Source: Octopus vulgaris (Eukaryota). Taken from it: 64,000 nt of DNA. How positions within the stretch are numbered: position 1 is the stretch's first letter; each line of letters opens with the position of its first letter. The stretch covers positions 14,570,001 to 14,634,000 of the forward strand of contig OX597819.1 in the NCBI GenBank assembly GCA_951406725.2. Direction: 5' to 3'. Below are positions 27,283-41,770 of the stretch, piece after piece. Under the pieces are notes generated by a model. That model saw nothing but the letters and a program-made list of their open reading frames with translations, did no database searches and was not told the origin of the DNA. A program made the translations under genes and the position numbers.

Positions 27283-27788
27283 GTGACCCCCTTCGGTCAT
27301 GACTGACCTTGGGATTGCACCTAGAAATTTACCCTCCAAGGCACAAGTCCGGGCAAGGTTGTTTGTGGAAGACCAGCAGTCGCCCACGCATACCAGCCTC
27401 CTCTCTCCACACCACCGATGTTATCCAAGGGAGAGGTAAAGGCCGATACAGTTTGGCACCAGTGACGTCGCAGCTCATTTATTAACGTGCAAGTGGCTGA
27501 GCATTCCACAGATATGTACCCTTAACGTAGTTCTCAGGGAGATTCAGCATGACACAGTGTGACAAGGCTGGCCCTTTGAAATACAGGTACAACAGAAACA
27601 AGAAAAAAGAGTGAGAGAAAGTTGCGGTGAAAGAGTACAGCAGGGTTCACCACCACCCCCTACCGGAGCCTCATGGAGCTTTAGGTGTTTTGGCTCAATA
27701 AACACTCACAATGCCTGGTCTGGGAATCGAAACCGCGATCTTACGACCGCGAATCCGCTGATCAAACCACTGGGCCATTGCGCCTCCA
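27283..27788 (-). mobile_element. SINE family C, full length
   Basis: tRNA-like head at 27715-27788. Flanking direct repeat tttcaaccat at 27272-27281 and 27792-27801. Confidence 0.85.
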
Positions 27789-28329
27789 CTTTTTCAACCA
27801 TAATGATGTCCGAAAGACATATATTGTGGGAGAGAGTTTTACAGGTTTTCAGGTCACCCTGCTTCTTTACACTCTTCAGATCAAGACTTTGCACCGAGTT
27901 CGTCCATTCTATGAAACTTTGAATGATATATTTAAGCTATACATTCTATTTTCCCAGACGTTGTCCCAAAAGTGTTAGAGTATAATGGTGCTTAATAACC
28001 GAACATATCTACCTATTATTGATAGCTCGTTTTCTATCATGTGAAAATGGCAGAAGTCTTACCATAACGAGAATGGTGTATCTGGATTCTTTCACCAGTT
28101 ACTGTCCCTTAACCTCGAGGACAGTGTAATGAAATGTTAGCAATTGTGATCAACTCAGAGCAGATCTTGGACACATTGTGTTGGGGAAGAAGCCATGCAC
28201 TTTCCTGAATTGTTTAAAACTGGTCTCGCTTTTCACATTGGCACCAAACTAAACCTTGTAGAATTACAGTTAAGCAGTCTGATGGCGAAAATTCTTTGGT
28301 ACTTTGTTTTCCAAAAATAAAAAAATTTG

Positions 28330-28379
28330 CATGCATACATACATACATACATGTATGCATACATACATACATACATACA

Positions 28380-28413
<34 letters not shown>

Positions 28414-29075
28414 CATGCATACATACATATATACATACATACATACATACATGTATGCATACATGTATGCATACATACATACATACATACATTACATACA
28501 TGCATACATACATACATGTATGCCTACATATATATACATACACACATACATACATACATACATACATACACACATACATACATACATACATATGTACATA
28601 CTTACGTACATACATACATTACATACATTACATACATACATACAGAAATACATACACACACATACATGCATACATAAATACATACATGCACACATACATA
28701 CATACATGCACACATACACACATACATACATACATACACACATACATACATACATACATACATACATACACACATACACACATACATACATACACACATA
28801 CATACATACATACATACACACATACACACATACACACATACACACACACATACATACACACATACATACATACATACATACATACATACATACATACATG
28901 CATGCATACACACATACATGCATACATACACACATACACACATACACACATACATACACACATATACACATATACACATACACACATACACACATACATA
29001 CACACATACATAAATACATACATACACACATACGTACATAGATATATACATACATGTATGCATGCATGCATGTAT
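28330..29075. repeat. (CATA)n/(CA)n degenerate tract
   Basis: Direct inspection. Confidence 0.95.
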
Positions 29076-29629
29076 AGATGTTTTCTTCTGAATGAACAGC
29101 ATACTGTAAGCCTGGCTTTGCTTCCCGTCGGCTGACATGATACAGTTGAACACCCAACGCACAACAACAACGGTCTGACCATGACAAAATACTGTGGTGT
29201 TTTTATGACATTCGAGAAAGCAACTTTTTGGAGACCGTACAAGTCTTTTTCGTTTACATTTCCTTCTTACTTTTTCTAAGAAGCGATGCAATAAATCTTT
29301 GGCGAGCGGAATGATATTCCGTGGTTAAACCACACGGAAAAGAAAACGAACCTCCACCAACTATTCTGTCTATACATCTGTGCACACCTTTCAGTACCGG
29401 GCATACCCCAAGGTCTACAATTCTAATGGAGCTTCAAAAGACATTTTAAGATACGCAAAGATCAGAACTTAACTGCAGCTCTTCTTGGTGGTCCAAACCG
29501 GATATGCAATCTATGCGGGTGTCTTTTCAATATATTGTCTTGCTTAAAAACTCACATCAGACGCCATGATGAATCAAAGATGTAAGTACAAGAGGTGGTC
29601 AAACTCTGCATAAGGAGTAGACAACAACC

Positions 29630-29642
29630 GTGTGTGTGTGTG

Positions 29643-29692
<50 letters not shown>

Positions 29693-29885
29693 CGTGTGTG
29701 TATGTGTGTATGTGTGTGTGTGTATGTGTGTGTATGTGTGTGTATGTGTGAGTGCGTGTGTGTGCGTGTGTGTGTGTATGTGTGTGAGTGTGTGTGTTTG
29801 TATATGTGTGTGTATGAGTGTGTGTGTATGTGTGTGTGTCTGTGTCTTTGTGTGTGTATATGTGTGTCTGTGTGTGCGTGTGTAC
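29630..29885. repeat. (TG)n degenerate tract
   Basis: Direct inspection. Confidence 0.95.
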
Positions 29886-30174
29886 ATGTTACATATATGA
29901 TATATATTTTACACGGTAATCAATTACTGTGAAGAGCACTCAATTTCAAAACTAAAACCGATTCTAAAATAATTAGGTAATGAACTAATTAAGGAATGAA
30001 ACCAGATTCAACGTTCTCGCTCTGGCGAGCACTTCTCATGTGATTTTACGTGATATGGACATGTCCAGTCAATTCAACACATTTAATTACGCCGAGTCTA
30101 GCAAATGAAACTCTTGATGCGTAGTTTCTTACCAAACACGTCGCAAGTTATATTCTAATATTTCGATGTTTCTA

Positions 30175-31580
30175 AAGCGGCGAGCTGGTAGAATCGTTAG
30201 CACGCCGGGCGAAATGCTTAGCGATATTTCGTCTGTATGAGGTCGACTTTGCCTTTCATCCTTTCGGGGTCGATAAATGAAGTACCAGTTACGCACTGGG
30301 GTCGATGTAATCGACTTAATACCTATGTCTGACCTTGTTTGTCCCCTCTGTGTTTAGCCCCTTGTGGGTAATAAAGAAATAGGTATTTCGTCTGTATAAA
30401 AGGCAGCGACCTGGCAGAAACGTTAGCACGCCGGGCGAAATGCTTAGCTGAAGTTCGTCTGCCGCTACGTTCTGAGTTCAAATTCCGCCGAGGTCAACTT
30501 TGCCTTTCATCCTTTCGGGGTCGATTAAATAAGTACCAGTTACGCACTGGGGTCGGTGTAATCGACTTAATCCGTTTGTCTGTCCTTATTTGTTCCTTCT
30601 GTGTTTAGCCCCTTGTGGGTAGTAAAGAAATAGGTATTTCGTCTGCCGTTACGTTCTGAGTTCAAATTCCGCCGAGGTCAACTTTGCCTTTCATCCTTTC
30701 GGGGTCGTAAATTAAGTACCAGTTACGCACTGGGGTCGATGTAATCGGCTTAATCCGTCTGTCTGACCTTGTTTATCCTCTCTGTGTTTAGCCCCTTGTG
30801 GGTAGTAAAGAAATAGGTATTTCGTCTGCCGCTACGTTCTGAGTTCAAATTCCGCCGAGGTCGACTTTGCCTTTCATCCTTTCGGGGTCGAGAAATTAGG
30901 TACCAGTTACGCACTGATGTCGATATAATCGGCTTAATCCGTCTGTCTGACCTTGTTTATCCTCTCTGTGTTTAGCCCCTTGTGGGTAGTAAAGAAATAG
31001 GTATTTCGTCTGCCGTTACGTTCTGAGTTCAAATTCCGCCGAGGTCAACTTTGCCTTTCATCCTTTCGGGGTCGAGAAATTAGGTACCAGTTACGCACTG
31101 ACAGACGGATTAAGCCGATTATATAATCGGCTTAATCCGTCTGTCTGACCTTGTTTATCCTCTCTGTGTTTAGCCCCTTGTGGGTAGTAAAGAAATAGGT
31201 ATTTCGTCTGCCGCTACGTTCTGAGTTCAAATTCCGCTGAGGTCAACTTTACCTTCCATCCTTTTGGGGTCGATAAATAAGTACTTACTGGGGTCGATCT
31301 AATCGACTGGCTCCCTCCCACAAAATTTCAAGCCTTGTGCCTAGAGTAGAAAAGAATATATTAGTTATTAAAGGTGGCAAGCTGGCAGAAACGTTAGCAC
31401 GTCGGGCAAAATGCTTAACAGTATTTTGTCTGTCGCTTTTTTTTTTTCTGAGTTCAAATTCCACCGAGGTCGACTTTGCCTTTCATCCTTTCGGGGTCGA
31501 TATATTAAGTACCAGTTACGTACTGGAGTCGATCTAGTCGACTGCACCCCCTGACCCCCCCCCCCACAAATTTCGGGACA
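30175..31580 (+). mobile_element. Head-to-tail tandem array of SINE family B (about 7 units, ~183-bp period in the core)
   Basis: The junction aaagaaatag|gtatttcgtctg recurs at ~30382, 30633, 30816, 31000 and 31198. Confidence 0.9.
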
Positions 31581-32037
31581 CATTTCTATGTGTCTTTCAA
31601 AATTTAGTGTCATAACGTTACGGGCCGTGTAGTAGGCCAATCTACCGCTGGGACCACTCCAGAAGATATTATTAAAGAAAGCCAAACGACACACAACTCA
31701 CTCGTATGTATGACATTTAACATAAACCAAACAGCATGACTTAATGACGATACGCATCAATGAACATGTCATGACTTTCAGGTCGATTTCTTTCAATAAT
31801 TTCAACATAAAATATTAGTTTCACGGTTGGCTATACGTTTTGCTTTCTTTTCCTTTCGCTTTTCCTTCTTATTCTTCCCCCCCCCCTTTCTCTCTCTCTC
31901 TCACTCTCCCTCCCTCTCCTTCTCTCAGTAATAACGCACGCACGCACACACACGCACACACACATGCATGCATACTCAATCTCTCTCTCTTTCTTATTCT
32001 CTGTCTCCTTTTCTCTCTTACTCTCTCACTCTTTTTC

Positions 32038-32207
32038 ACGGTAAGTGGTGGCAGTCACTGGCGTATGGATGAGAGACAACAGTGAGGTAAATAGATAAAT
32101 AGATAAAGAGATAGATAAACAGACACAACACAGACTTTCATGCATATCTATCTATCTACCCATCCATCCATCCATCCATCCATCCATCCATCCATCCATC
32201 CATCCAT

Positions 32208-32274
<67 letters not shown>

Positions 32275-32297
32275 ACCATCCATCCATATTTCCATGC

Positions 32298-32382
<85 letters not shown>

Positions 32383-32436
32383 CCTACATCACTGTTGTCT
32401 CTCATCCATACGCCAGTGACAGCCACCACTTACCGT
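32038..32436. repeat. 48-bp inverted repeat enclosing (GATA)/(TATC) tracts
   Basis: Arms 32038-32085 and 32389-32436, one mismatch. Confidence 0.85.
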
Positions 32437-32849
32437 TAACCCCCATCCCCTTGCTCATTTACTTCCAGACCCACCCACACTCCCCACCCAATTCACACTG
32501 TTTCCCTGTCATGGAAGAAAAACTACGAACAATTTCCCATTATCCAGATGCAACAAACTTTTCTTTCCACATGATTGTACTCTTGTTCGCTTTCTTCTGC
32601 TAGAAAAAAAGGAATTCAGGTGTGATAAGGAGCTGGGTCGGTCTTAACTTTTGCAAAGGCAAGTAATTTTAAAAAATACATTTACATTAATGCATATTAA
32701 TACAGATCAATATAAATCTATATGTATAAAAGCATATCATATAAATATATAAATTAAGATCTAAATTAAAAGAACGTAAATATATACGAGGTATAAATAT
32801 GGTGAGTGCAAACGAAAGAGAACACACTAACTAACAATTAGTGATTCTT

Positions 32850-33460
32850 TTCTACTCAAGGCAGAAGGGCCGAAATTTGGGGTGGGGGGAGGAGCCAGTC
32901 GATTAGATCGACCACAGTAAGCAACTGGTATAAACTGAAAGGATGAAAGACAAAGTCGACCTCAGCGGAATTTGAACTCAACATAAGACAGACGAAATAC
33001 CTAATATTTTACTACTCACAAGGGGCTAAACACAGAGGGGACAAACAAGGACAGACAAACGGGTTAAGTCGATTATATCGACCCCAGTGCGTAACTGGTA
33101 CTTATTTTATCGACACCGAAAGGTTAAGAATTAAGGATAAAGTCCCGTTATTAGAGGAAGCCCATTCGACAGCCGTTTCTGGAATACGTTTACGGTCAGG
33201 TAACTCATCCTTGTAAGTAATGTCCCCTTCTCCCGACATGCTTACGATTTTTATTTCTTTATTGCCCACAAGGGGCTAAACATAGAGGAGACAAACAAGG
33301 ACAGACAAACGGGCTAAGTCGATTATATCGACCCCAGTGCGTAACTGGTACTTATTTAATCGACCCCAAAAGGATGAAAGGCAAAGTCGACTTCGGCGGA
33401 ATTTGAACTCAGAACGTACCGGCAGATGAAATACCGTTGAGCATTTCGCCCGGCATGCAA
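32850..33460 (-). mobile_element. Cluster of SINE family B copies
   Basis: Copies at ~32850-33000, 33005-33120 and 33250-33460. Confidence 0.8.
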
Positions 33461-33709
33461 CGTGTCTCATGTCCGTCCAGTTACTCCAGATGCCTGACGA
33501 GTTAAGGCTATAATGATAAACTACTTATAGAAAAAAATATAAATATATAAAAATTGTATAAGATAATAGTAGGAAGGCATCTAAGTCATCGAACAGCAAA
33601 ACTGGTAAGACAGTTCAGAGAGGAAATAGGTACATTACTAGAACAGATCAAAAATTTACCATTAAGGATTAAGAATTAAGGATAAAGTCCCGTTATTGGA
33701 GGAAGCCCA

Positions 33710-33783
33710 TTCGACAGCCGTTTCTGCAGTACGTTTACGGTAAGGTAACTCATCCTTGTTAGTAATGTCCCCTTCATCAGGAA
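33710..33783 (-). ncRNA. Candidate type I hammerhead with an enlarged helix II region
   Basis: Reverse complement: TTC CTGATGA agggg...(~45 nt)...ca GAAAC ggct GTC GAA. Partial duplicate at 33122-33230. Confidence 0.4.
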
Positions 33784-33950
33784 GACGTCCTCTGTAATGA
33801 ATTACATTGCAAAATTTTGCCTGATGAGCCTGTCAATGGAAAACTGTTTTAAACTCAAAAGAGAAGCAAGAGATTCACACACACACCCGTAGAATACATA
33901 TATATATATATATATACTACGGTATATATATATATATATATATATATATA

Positions 33951-34440
33951 CTAGCAGTACTCGCCCGGCGTTGCTCAATCTCTCTCTCTTCATAGTTGGC
34001 CAATAGAGGCCTTACACACCTAGTCGCCATCATGAATTTGTCTCATGTCCGTCCAGTTACTCCAGATGCCTGACGAGTTAAGGCTTTGTCAAACTGTTAT
34101 TAAATGATATACGCAACTCTTACAAAATTTATTGAGAGTCGCTCTCGTTTGTCCACTCAGTCGTATATTTACGTACATACACGCATACATACATGCAGGC
34201 AGACAGACAGATATTCCAAAGAAGCTCCATCTGGGATTCTTTAGGTGAATAGATGCACACACACTTGGATGTATGAATTAAGTGTTCAAGCAACGCGATA
34301 ACTCAACCACACATTAACTCTCACCGAGAACTCCCTTCACTCAAGAAGTCTTGTCGCTTTGTTAGCGACCGGCTTGAACTCTCTCAAGAAAAACTGTTTT
34401 AAACCCAAAGAAAAATCACAGACACACCCGTAGAATATAT
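33951..34440 (-). mobile_element. Second non-autonomous Helitron family
   Basis: The 3' terminus gagcaacgccgggcgagtactgCTAG|T is shared with the first family. Partial copies at 33463-33510 and 33840-33900. A similar terminus lies at 12668. Confidence 0.65.
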
Positions 34441-34443
34441 ATA

Positions 34444-34508
<65 letters not shown>

Positions 34509-35043
34509 TGAAGTATATTTGCTAACTAAATGTGGCGGCCCCATAGAGGATGATGCTACTGTTGTTTTTAGACCCAGGAGATCTCATCCAACTGGCTAGC
34601 AACACACTGTCTATGACTGATTAGTATTTGCGAAAGGAAATCATCGTTCTCATCTCCAGCCTTACGTGATACACAGAGACCCGGGTTTCTAGGTAGTAAC
34701 CCGTCATCAATGTGTGATAATCATCAGCTACCGATGAGAACTCATTCCAAACGCGAAATACTCTATGCTTTTTCCGGTGACAAACTGTCGCTGACATCGA
34801 ACAACGACAAATAAAGAGTGGAGTGAGAAAATCCTTTTTCTGCTGCAGTTAATAGTTATTCCATCTTCAGTTCAATCCATCTTTTCAACATCGTGTAATG
34901 ATTTAGAAAAATATTGATTGCTCTCCATCTGCCATTTGGAGTAACTTTAACAGCAAATGCTGAACAAAATTCTTCAGGATTGCGCACAAAATAATTTGTG
35001 CGTGTGTGTGTGTATGTGTAGTAAGTACGTAGGTATGTATATA

Positions 35044-35487
35044 GGCGCAGGTGTGGCTGTGTGGTATGAAATTTTTTTCCAAAGCACATGCTTCTGGGTT
35101 CAGTCCCACTGTGTAGCACCTTGGACAAGTGTGTTCTTCTATAACCTCGGGCTGACTATAGCCTTGTAACACAAACAGGCAGACGGAAATTGAAAGAAGC
35201 CCGCCGTATGTGCGTGTGTGCGTGTGTGTGAGTGTGTGGGTGTTTGTGCGTGTATGTGTGTGTGCATGTGTGTGTGTATGTGTGTGTGTATGTGTGTCTG
35301 TCTGTCTGTTTGTCCTCCACCACCGGTGTTGGTGTGTTTAGGTCCCCGGTAACTTTGCGGTTCGGCAATACAGATCAACAGAATAAGTATCAAGCTTTAA
35401 AGAAAGAAGTGCTGGGGTTGGTTCGTTCGACAAAAGTTCTTCAATGAGGTGCTCCGGCATGGCCGTTGTCTAATGACAGAAGCAAAA
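35044..35487 (+). mobile_element. SINE family A, diverged
   Basis: Family consensus with substitutions. Confidence 0.8.
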
Positions 35488-36186
35488 GCTCTATCTTTGT
35501 GTTGTTTATCCTGACCAAACCGCCCCAGCCCTAACCCTAACCTCTCATTATATCCTCCCCACCGCACCCACCCACGCACTTATCTTTCCACTCAATTATT
35601 ACTTCATTTGTTTGTCGGAGTTTTTTTGTCTATAACCTGTATTGAAAATAATTGCTAATTAATGCTAATGATTTTCCTCGTCATTACTAATGTCATTTTA
35701 ATTAATCCAATATTCGTTTGGCTAACTTCATTATCAAGTTGACACCTTAAGTATCTCTTTAAAGAACATGTAAGTGCTGGGGTTGGTTCAGCCTGATCGA
35801 CAAAAGTTCCTTGTAATGAGGTGCTCCGGCATGGCCGTTAAGTCTAATGATTCAGAATAGCAAGTGTTGCAGAAGGACACTTTTCTCCACTAAGCGTTTG
35901 CCTACCCTCGGGGGCTAAAGTGCAGTCTGGCAACAAACTACCTCACCTATCGCTGGCCTGTTGCGATGGCGGAGTAGATGAGACTCGCGCTTATAAATTT
36001 CGGCGGAGTTTACAGGAAGCAAGTCACATTGTCTTATGAGTTAAGGTCAACGGGCAAGAAACCAGCTAGAAAAGAAGGGCAGAGAGTTTTGAACATATGT
36101 ATGTATGTATGTATGTATGTCATTATTCAGTTTATTTCAAGATTTCTTGCCAATAGAGAAAGAACCGGTTCCTAACATAGATGCAA

Positions 36187-36268
<82 letters not shown>

Positions 36269-36269
<1 letters not shown>

Positions 36270-36647
36270 GTGGCTGTGTGGTAAGTAGCTTACTTACCAG
36301 CCACATGGTTCCGGGTTCAGTCCCACTGCGTGGCACCTTGGGCAAATGTCTTCTACTATAGCATCGGGCCGATCAAAGCCCTGTGAGAGGATTTGGTAGA
36401 CGGAAACTGAAAAGTTGCCCGTCGTATATATGTATATGTATATATATGTGTGTCTGTGTTTGTCCCGCCAACTTTGCTTGACAACCGATGCTGGTGTGTT
36501 TACGTCCCCGTAAATTAGCGGTTCGGCAAAAGAGACCGATAGTATAAGTACTAGGCTTACAAAGAATAAGTCCTCGAGTCGATTTGCTCGACTAAAGGCG
36601 GTGCTCCAGCATTGCCGCAGTCAAATGAATGAAACAAGTAAAAGAGT
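36269..36647 (+). mobile_element. SINE family A
   Basis: Family consensus. Confidence 0.9.
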
Positions 36648-36688
36648 AATATATACATATATATATATATACACGCACACATATATAT

Positions 36689-37082
<394 letters not shown>

Positions 37083-37188
37083 TCCACACACACACACACA
37101 CGAACACATGCACACGCATGAACGTGACAGATATACCCTCAATTCTTGATTAGAATTATGTAATATGTGTACACATACAGAGAAGGTA

Positions 37189-37222
<34 letters not shown>

Positions 37223-37599
37223 TGAAAGAAAGAAAGAAAGAAAGTAAGAAAGAAAGAAAGAAAGGGAGAGAGAGAGAGAGTTGGAAAGGAAAAGTCGGCG
37301 TATTTGTACTAAAACGGCGACCAATTCTGTTTTCTTCATTAAATATTTCAGCGCCATTCCAGAACTAATATCCATCCATATGTTATGACCATTAGAATTA
37401 CACTCCTTATCTCTCACTCACCCCCAAACTCTCTCTCTCTCTCTCTCTCTCATTTACATGCATTTACTCTCTTTCTCTGTCACTCTTTCATGACTAACAC
37501 CCCCCTCTACCGCCGTCAGTCATACCTAAAATAACAGTGCCGACCTTTATTCACCAACATCTAAGACAAGTCTTTGTCACAGTTATCATATATCCATAG

Positions 37600-37720
37600 A
37601 CACACACACCCACACACACACATACACATACATACATACATGTATATATGTGTGTATATATACATAATATATATATATGTATATATATATATAGATATAT
37701 ACATATATATATATATATAC

Positions 37721-37788
<68 letters not shown>

Positions 37789-37919
37789 GCACATATATAT
37801 ACATGTATATACATATATATACATGTATATATATATATGTATATATATATACACACATATATATATACACACATATATATATGTATATATATACATATAT
37901 ATATATGTATATATATATA

Positions 37920-37953
<34 letters not shown>

Positions 37954-38058
37954 TATATACATATATATATATACATATATATACATATATATATATATGT
38001 ATATACATGTGTATATATATGTATATATATACACACATATATATATATACATGTACAT

Positions 38059-38145
<87 letters not shown>
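37600..38145. repeat. (TA)n/(CA)n/(GA)n compound tract
   Basis: Direct inspection. Confidence 0.95.
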
Positions 38146-38149
<4 letters not shown>

Positions 38150-38723
38150 TGTGTGTTAACTGAAAGCTCTGTTCGTTGTCGCTCGACCTGTTGGAAATAA
38201 CAGCCAAATCTCCATCAAACCACACCCTAAAAGTCTTTAAAAATGAAGAGTGCTTTCGACAACGCGGACCCAGATACACTGTTGACATGGATGGTCATGA
38301 TCTGGAGCGCTTTTTATCGCATGTTTGCATGATGTAGGATGACATAGGGCCAAACACTAACACCGGTGACAATTCTTACGCTTCGGATTTTTTTTTTAAT
38401 TTACTTTATTCAAATTTTGTCGTGTCTTTAGGGGGAAGGTCATTACGCCAATAATAATAGACACACACACTGGTTCAATATCACCTCCTAATTGTTAGTC
38501 AATTGGTTAAATATCTAACCAACTAATTAATCGATTGTTTGTTTAAGGTATCGGTTAAACGATCAATTGGTTGTTTGTTAGTCAAAGTCCTTTCGTCGTC
38601 ATGCGCAGTCTCTTCAGTGATCACCCGGCCTCCTTTCTCGCTCCAAGGTCTACTCTGCATCTTCATTTTACAAGAATTTCTTTCTCTTTGGCTGCTACAG
38701 CTACTGTTGCTGCTGTTGCTGTT

Positions 38724-39106
38724 GAGCGAAGCGGTCTTCGTCCGAGAGCTCGCAAGATCGCGCCTCCGTAGTGGGAGAAGTCCGAAACGTGGTCCTTTGC
38801 TATTCGTAAGACCCGCAGAAGAGAAAGCAGGTCAACCCCCCGACACCGAGAGCATCGACGGATGGATGAATGCGCATCCAGGCTCAGCGGTTGCGTAGGA
38901 AGTCGGGGACAGGAAGCAGGAAGAAAGAGTGAGAGAAAGTTGGGGCGAAAGAGTACAACAGGGGTCGCCACTAACCCCTGCCGGAACCTCGTGGAACTTT
39001 AGGTGTTTTCGCGCAATAAACACACACAACGCCCGGTCTGGGAATCGAAACCGCGATCCTCCGACCGCGAGTCCGCTGCCCTAACCATTGGGCCATTGCG
39101 CCTCCA
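38724..39106 (-). mobile_element. SINE family C with an alternative 3' tail
   Basis: Same head and body as 27283-27788 up to ctttctctcactc, different tail. Flanked by tgctgttgctg repeats. Confidence 0.85.
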
Positions 39107-39929
39107 CTTGCTGTTGCTGCTACTGCTGCTCCATAACTCGCACCTTATCTACCAACTATTCGCCTCTTCCGTTTCTTTATATTTCTCCTCATCTCCCTTA
39201 TCCTTCACCTCTCCTCCTCCTCATCATCATCATCGTCACCATTTTTATTACGATGTAGTGGCTGTCATCCAGAGCCTCTAGAAGTAACAATGTATTTACA
39301 AACCACACGGTAAATCATAGCGTGGTCACTCGACCTTCTAGAAATAGCAGCGAAATACCCATCAAAGATATGAACTGTGAAGGTAAAAATATGAAACGGG
39401 AGGGTCATGGCTAGGAAGTCTTCAATCAAAGCTGTGTCAGATCAGAGCAGATATGGTTGTTAAACAACAACAACAGCAACAACAACACCATCGATAATTC
39501 ACACTTTGTCCCAGGGGCACACATTTACAAAGGAAGGCTCAGTCATTAGTCCTTAGTCGACAAATATTATTATTCAGCGACACTGATGAGATTTGAACTT
39601 AAGGAGTTGCAACCAAATACCGAAACATATTTCAATGGACCGCCCCCTTCCCCTACAGTTCCTGACACCCACATTCTCTGTGGCACCCGACAGTTTTTGC
39701 TACCACCCACGTCTTTCTGGCACCGTGCCCGTTCTGCTATTAATAGCGACAATAACAGTAATAAGGATTTCTCTCAGAATCAGTGTGTCATGTGACTGAG
39801 GAGATGAAATAATCGACATGCGTAGTTGGCTGGTGTATATTTCATTGTTGGATGTAAGGTACACTCGGCCCTTGGTAGGATTCTCAACACATGTACACGT
39901 AACTAAATGCAGCAAGACTTTATTATTAA

Positions 39930-40746
39930 TCATTTCTACTAAAGGCACAAGGCCTGAAATTTTTGTGGGGAGGGAACTAGGTGATTACATCGACCCCAAT
40001 GTTTCACTGGTGCTTAATTTATCGACCCCGAAAAGATAAATGGCAAAGTCGACTTCAGCGGAATTTGAACTCAGAACGTAGCAACGGGAGAAATACCGCT
40101 AAGTATCTCGTCCTGCGTGCTAATATGATTCTGCCAGCTCGCCCGCCTTAAGACATTAATAATGGTTTCAAATTTTGCCACAAGGGCAGCAGTTTTGGGG
40201 GAGGGGGGCCAGTCGATTATATCGACCCCAGTGTTCAACTGGTACTTAATTTATCGACCCCGAAAGGATGAAAAGTAAAGTCGACCTGGGTGGAATTTGA
40301 ACTCAGAACGTAGTGATAGACGAAATACCTATTTCTTTACTACCCACAAGGGGCTAAACACAAAGAGGACAAACAAGGACAGACAAACGGATTAAGTCGA
40401 TTATATCGACCCTAGTACGTAGCTGGTACTTAATTTATCGACCCCGAAAGGATGAAATGCAAAGTCGACCTGGGTGGAATTTGAACTCAGAACGTAGTGA
40501 TAGACGAAATACCTATTTCTTTACTGTCCACAAGGGGCTACACACAGAGGCGACAAACAAGGATAGACAAACGGATTAAGTCGATTATATCGACCCTAGT
40601 ACGTAGCTGGTACTTATTTAATCGACCCCGAAAGGATGAAAGGCAAAGTCGACCTCGGCGGAATTTGAACTCAGAACGTAGCGGCAGACGAAATGCCTTT
40701 AAGCATTTCGCCCGGCATGCTAACGACTCTGCCAGCTCGCCGCCTT
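39930..40746 (-). mobile_element. SINE family B cluster including a 3-unit tandem array
   Basis: The junction gacgaaatac|ctatttcttt occurs at ~40328 and ~40512. Confidence 0.85.
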
Positions 40747-40852
40747 AAAGTCGAAAGAAATGTCGCTAAGCACTTTGTCCGGCATGCTAACGATACTGCC
40801 AGTTCACCGCCGTGCTGTTTCTTATAATTATTGATTTCAAATTGCGGTACAA

Positions 40853-41224
40853 GGCCATGCTGGGGCACCGCCTTGAAGGGTTTTAGTTGAATGAATCGAT
40901 CCTAGAGATTTTTTTAAAGACTGGTATCAATTCTTTTGTTCTCTCTTTTGCCGAACCGCTAAGTTACGGGGACGTAAATACACAAGCGCCGGCTGTCAAG
41001 CGGTGGCAGGGTGGTTGCAGAACAAATACTAACACAAAGACAGATAAATATGTATACATATATACGACGGGCTTCTTTCAGTTTCCGGTTACCAGATCGA
41101 CTCACAAGGCTTTGGTAGGCCCGGAAGGCTATAGTACAAGACACTTGCCCAAGGTGGTATGTAATGAGACTGAACTCGGAACCACGTGGTTAGGAAGCAA
41201 ACTTCTTACCACACAGCCATACCT

Positions 41225-41228
<4 letters not shown>
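40853..41228 (-). mobile_element. SINE family A
   Basis: Reverse complement of the family consensus. Confidence 0.85.
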
Positions 41229-41319
<91 letters not shown>

Positions 41320-41599
41320 CATACACGCGAGAAAGAAGCAACTAAAAACCTATCCATTCTTGTTGCTTCTTTCTCGCTTATAATCACCCCACATTACTGT
41401 ATTGTTAAAACCGTATAGTTTGTTTTGGTGCATCTAAGTTAGGTACCATATTCAAGTAAATTCATTTAAATTAACTTGAATCTTTATTGCTTTTTGTATA
41501 TATATATATACCTAGGTATAGGTATTTCGTTTTTTCTTGTTTGGATTAACTATATATATATATATATAAATATATAATAAAGCGTGTGTGTGTTTGGGG

Positions 41600-41770
41600 G
41601 TGGGGTGAGAGTAAATCGATTACATCAAGCCCCAGTGACAGCTGGTACTTATTTTATCGAACCCGACAGAATAAAAGGCAAAGTCGACCCCGGCAGCGTT
41701 TGAACTCAGAGCGTAAATGCTGCTCAGAAATTTACCCCGGCGTGCTAACCATTCTGCCAGCTCGCCACCT
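41600..41770 (-). mobile_element. SINE family B, diverged
   Basis: ctggtacttattttatcga...aaggcaaagtcgacc...ctgccagctcgccacct. Confidence 0.75.

Noticed and set aside
30175-31345. Regular repeats that could suggest a CRISPR array
   Set aside because: Whole ~183-bp units are repeated with no unique spacers; they are SINE copies in eukaryotic DNA.
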